From the IMG/VR virus record IMGVR_UViG_3300021388_000002: a stretch of DNA of 64,000 bases; one strand, given 5' to 3'. Made by a program: the position numbers and the translations under genes. This DNA is from a virus (Duplodnaviria > Heunggongvirae > Uroviricota > Caudoviricetes). Shown here piece after piece: positions 61,603 through 64,000 of this stretch (position 1 is its first letter; every line of letters begins with the position of its first letter). The notes under the pieces were generated by a model. That model was given only the letters and a program-made list of their open reading frames with translations, had not been told where the DNA came from and did no database searches.

Positions 61603-63571
61603 GACCGCTCCCGCGCGCACGGGCCGGGTGGGCTGGCGGCGCCTGCTGCTGCTGATCGCCGTGCCCGTCGTGCTCGCGATCGTGCTGCTGCATGGGCTCG
61701 GCGGCCGGACGATGCTGCTCGTGGGCCTCATCGGGGCCGCCGTGCTCGTCTTCGGGTTCATCATCTGGCGGCTTCCGCACCTGCGCCGGCATTTCGCCCG
61801 GCCCGGCGGCCCGAGGCAGCCCCGGCAGCCGCGGGTGCGCTCGCAGATGTGGCACCGCCGGGTGCGCTCGCAGATGTGGCACCGCCGGGTGCGCTCGCCC
61901 GGCCGCCCGCCTGGCGCTGGCTGGAAGCCCGGTGCGGGCCGCCGTCACTTCGGTGGCGGGTCCCGGCGCGCGGGCGGGTTTGCGCACCGTTCTCCCGGTT
62001 CCCTGCTTCACCGCCGCCGGGCCTCCGGCGGGCAGGGAGCGGGGGCTGGCAGCCGGCGCCGCTCCGGATCGGTCCCCGGGGGCCGGCGCCGGGGCGGTTC
62101 CGGCACATCTGGTTCCTTCCGGCGCGCCTCTGGGCATGGACGGCGCTCTGGCGGGAGCTTGCGCGGTTCCCGGCGGTCTGGGCACAGTTCCGGGTCCTCC
62201 CGCCGCGGTTCCGGGCATTTCGGGGGGACCCGGCGCCACCGCGGTCTGGCCACCGCGGGCCGCCGCCGGCCCTCCACCAGCACGGCGCGGCGACCCGGGG
62301 GCCGTACGTCCGGGTCGCCGCGCCGCCGCAGCCTGTTCCACCCGTTCGGCGGGGGGCACCGCAGCAGGATCGCCTCCGGCCGGCGCACCGGCACGGGCAG
62401 TACCGCTCGCCGGCGCAGCCTGCTGCACCCGTTCGGCGGGGGCCGGCGCAGCGGGTCCGGCGGGCCGGGCCGCCGCAGTGGCACGGGCAGCACGCCGCGC
62501 CGCCGCAGCTTGTTCCACCCGTTCGGCGGCGGGCGCCGTCGCAGTGGCACCGGCACGGGCAGCACGCCGCGCCGCCGCAGCTTGTTTCACCCGTTCGGCG
62601 GGGCCCGCCGCCGTGGCAGTGGCGGTACCTCCACCGGGACCGGTTCTGGCACGGCCCCGCGGCGCTGGCGTCACCCGGTGCGCGCCATCACCGGCCGCCA
62701 TCGGCCGTTCCGGGCCCTGGCCGGGCACCGGGCATTCCGGCCGTGGACGTGGGGCAACCCGGCCGCCCGCAAGAACAGCCGGGCCGCGCGCAAGGCCAGC
62801 CGGATGCGGCGGCGGAACTGGGCCCGGCGGGTAGCTGGCAACCCGTACCGCAAGCGCAGCCACGGCTGGGCCTTCTGGCGGAACTGGACCCGGCCGCTGC
62901 ACCCGGGCCGGGCCGGCCGCCGGGCCGCGGTACGCAGGCTGAGCTTTGCCCAGCAGATGAAGCGGCGCTGGCGGGCCCGGCACGGTGGCCTGCCCGGCCT
63001 GGGCGGGCGGCGCAAGCCGCTGGGCGTCCGGTTCGCCGAGTGGCGCCGCCGTGCGCCCCGCCCGCTGTACGGCCGGTTTGGCCGCCTGAGCCGCAACGGG
63101 CTGGCCCGCAAGCTGGACCGGCAGCGGATGCGGCGGCATCTGCGCCGTGGCGGGGGACCGGCACCGCTGAGCCCCAACCAGCGCCCGTCCCGGACGCAGC
63201 GCCAGCCGGGCCGCAGTACCCCAGTCAGCCCGAACCCCGCCACCACCGGGCCCGTGTCAGGAAGCGGGCCCGGGACGTACCGAACAGGAGATGGGAAGAT
63301 GGATGTAGGCGCGATTTCCGATGAGATCGAGGCCGCCGGCAATCAGGAGTTCCGCGACCCCGATCACGTGCACGAGACGATGCGGGACCTGCACCTGGTC
63401 CTGGAAGCGACTCAGGGCGCGCTGCAGCGTATGAGCGAGCGGGTTCGTGAGACCGGCCTGCGGGAATCTTACGCAGACCAGATCGCCGAGACCTCGGGCA
63501 AGCTCGGCGGCCTGGCCGAGGAGCTGTCCTCGATCATCGGCGGCGGCGTGATGGACAACCACGGCAGCTGA
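61562..63571 (+). CDS. membrane-anchored Arg/Ser/Gly-rich tandem-repeat protein (RRRSLFHPFGGG x5) with globular C-terminus; frame assignment tentative
   Basis: N-terminal TM LLLLIAVPVVLAIVLL; five near-identical ~38-aa repeats; all six frames open in repeat zone. Confidence 0.4.
   Translation: MAMAMTMTEPPATETAPARTGRVGWRRLLLLIAVPVVLAIVLLHGLGGRTMLLVGLIGAAVLVFGFIIWRLPHLRRHFARPGGPRQPRQPRVRSQMWHRRVRSQMWHRRVRSPGRPPGAGWKPGAGRRHFGGGSRRAGGFAHRSPGSLLHRRRASGGQGAGAGSRRRSGSVPGGRRRGGSGTSGSFRRASGHGRRSGGSLRGSRRSGHSSGSSRRGSGHFGGTRRHRGLATAGRRRPSTSTARRPGGRTSGSPRRRSLFHPFGGGHRSRIASGRRTGTGSTARRRSLLHPFGGGRRSGSGGPGRRSGTGSTPRRRSLFHPFGGGRRRSGTGTGSTPRRRSLFHPFGGARRRGSGGTSTGTGSGTAPRRWRHPVRAITGRHRPFRALAGHRAFRPWTWGNPAARKNSRAARKASRMRRRNWARRVAGNPYRKRSHGWAFWRNWTRPLHPGRAGRRAAVRRLSFAQQMKRRWRARHGGLPGLGGRRKPLGVRFAEWRRRAPRPLYGRFGRLSRNGLARKLDRQRMRRHLRRGGGPAPLSPNQRPSRTQRQPGRSTPVSPNPATTGPVSGSGPGTYRTGDGKMDVGAISDEIEAAGNQEFRDPDHVHETMRDLHLVLEATQGALQRMSERVRETGLRESYADQIAETSGKLGGLAEELSSIIGGGVMDNHGS
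62290..62640. repeat. ~114-bp tandem DNA repeats x4 inside the repeat-protein gene
   Basis: GCCGCCGCAGC(C/T)TGTTCCACCCGTTCGGCGG... recurring. Confidence 0.6.
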
Positions 63572-63572
63572 C

Positions 63573-63620
63573 CAGGAGCAGGACCAGGAGCAGGACCAGG
63601 AGCAGGACCAGGAGCAGGAG
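63573..63620. repeat. 12-bp tandem repeat ACCAGGAGCAGG x4 (SD-like) in intergenic region upstream of GTG at 63631
   Basis: read directly from sequence. Confidence 0.7.
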
Positions 63621-63630
63621 AGGTGAGCAG

Positions 63631-63930
63631 GTGAAAGGCCCCGCCGGCTACGGCCGGTACGACGATGACCCCGGGCACGTGGGCTGCCCGTGGGCCCGGT
63701 CGGACATGACCCCGTGCGTGGCCCGGGACGGCAGGACCGCCCTGTCCAGCGGGCTCGCGCAGGTCTGTGCGGGCTGCGGCAACACCGTGCCGTTCCTGAT
63801 CTCAGACCTGGCCGGGGAGTACGCGCCGGCCAGGTCCCTGGTCCCGCTGGAAGACCAGGAAGCCCTGGCGGATGAGTTCGCCGACGTGGTCCGCGAGGCC
63901 ACTGAGCCATCAGGAGGTGGGCAGCGATGA
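63631..63930 (+). CDS. hypothetical protein with CAGCGN zinc-ribbon-like motif (GTG start)
   Basis: GGAGAGGTGAGCAG GTG. Confidence 0.45.
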   Translation: MKGPAGYGRYDDDPGHVGCPWARSDMTPCVARDGRTALSSGLAQVCAGCGNTVPFLISDLAGEYAPARSLVPLEDQEALADEFADVVREATEPSGGGQR

Positions 63931-64000
63931 GCAGGCCCGAGGTATTCGTGTCGGTCGATATCGAGGCAGACGGCCCTGCGCCCGGCCTGAACTCCATGCT
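63927..64000 (+). CDS. partial; N-terminus resembles DEDD 3'-5' exonuclease (VFVSVDIEADGP)
   Basis: ATGA coupling; truncated by window end. Confidence 0.35.
   Translation, partial: MSRPEVFVSVDIEADGPAPGLNSM

Noticed and set aside
61445-63139. 564-aa minus ORF and other open frames (61692..62834, 61849..63324) over the tandem-repeat gene
   Set aside because: All six frames are open because of GC-rich repeats. These alternatives lack a start context and flanking non-repeat protein-like sequence.
1-64000. tRNA or tmRNA genes
   Set aside because: I scanned for T-loop-like GGTTCGAnTCC / GTTCAAnTC motifs and found none, although the non-coding regions are sizeable (55.2-57.1 kb, 60.25-60.45 kb).

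Overview
This is a very high-GC (about 70%), densely packed 64-kb window. It reads as part of an actinobacterial (Streptomyces-like) phage or phage-like replicon. I found no virion structural genes, terminase or integrase. Every non-coding call below rests on motifs I read by eye; no searches were run.

The window has four blocks:
- **1-7871, minus strand:** small early-type genes including a DUF932/TIGR03299-like protein, an XRE HTH regulator, an Lsr2-like nucleoid protein and several Cys-rich small proteins.
- **7971-30048, plus strand:** a replication and nucleotide-metabolism block. It holds a Cas4-like PD-(D/E)XK nuclease split by two paralogous 341-aa inteins, an SNF2 helicase, a MazG-like protein, a RuvC-like resolvase, and a 1951-aa primase-polymerase/P4-D5-type helicase/3'-5' exonuclease/family-A polymerase fusion carrying a 349-aa intein. 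It continues with an HD hydrolase, a DUF559 Vsr-like endonuclease, DUF1643, and a GH25 plus PG-binding endolysin. A degenerate HNH gene sits at the strand switch.
- **30.8-55.2 kb, minus strand:** about 60 tightly coupled small genes. Adjacent stop and start codons overlap as ATGA or TGATG, and a near-invariant extended Shine-Dalgarno GAACAGGAGAC precedes most starts. Recognisable products are an SPFH/band-7 protein with a small membrane partner and a DUF2807/DUF4097 beta-helix protein, an AAA_25 RecA-like ATPase, a DUF4232 secreted protein, and an M20/M42-like peptidase fused to zinc ribbons.
- **55.25-57.08 kb non-coding region, then plus-strand genes to the window end:** PadR, a RyR-domain protein, MarR, XRE, a DUF2637-like membrane protein, and an Arg/Ser/Gly-rich tandem-repeat protein.

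The most striking signal is a 16-bp GC-rich palindrome, TTCCGGGCGCCCGGAA and close variants, with conserved flanks AATG...GATC. Nineteen copies lie between 35.4 and 54.0 kb at gene boundaries of the minus-strand block, with one more at 58.45 kb and a degenerate one at 29.2 kb. This is consistent with a stoperator-like regulon.

Other noteworthy features:
- A lower-GC island with direct and inverted 11-bp iterons and a 32-bp alternating purine-pyrimidine tract, embedded in-frame in the linker of the giant replication gene (candidate origin).
- A repeat-rich, CTAG-rich non-coding region at 55.25-57.08 kb with 24-bp and 38-bp tandem iteron arrays.
- Several tandem-repeat and low-complexity proteins.
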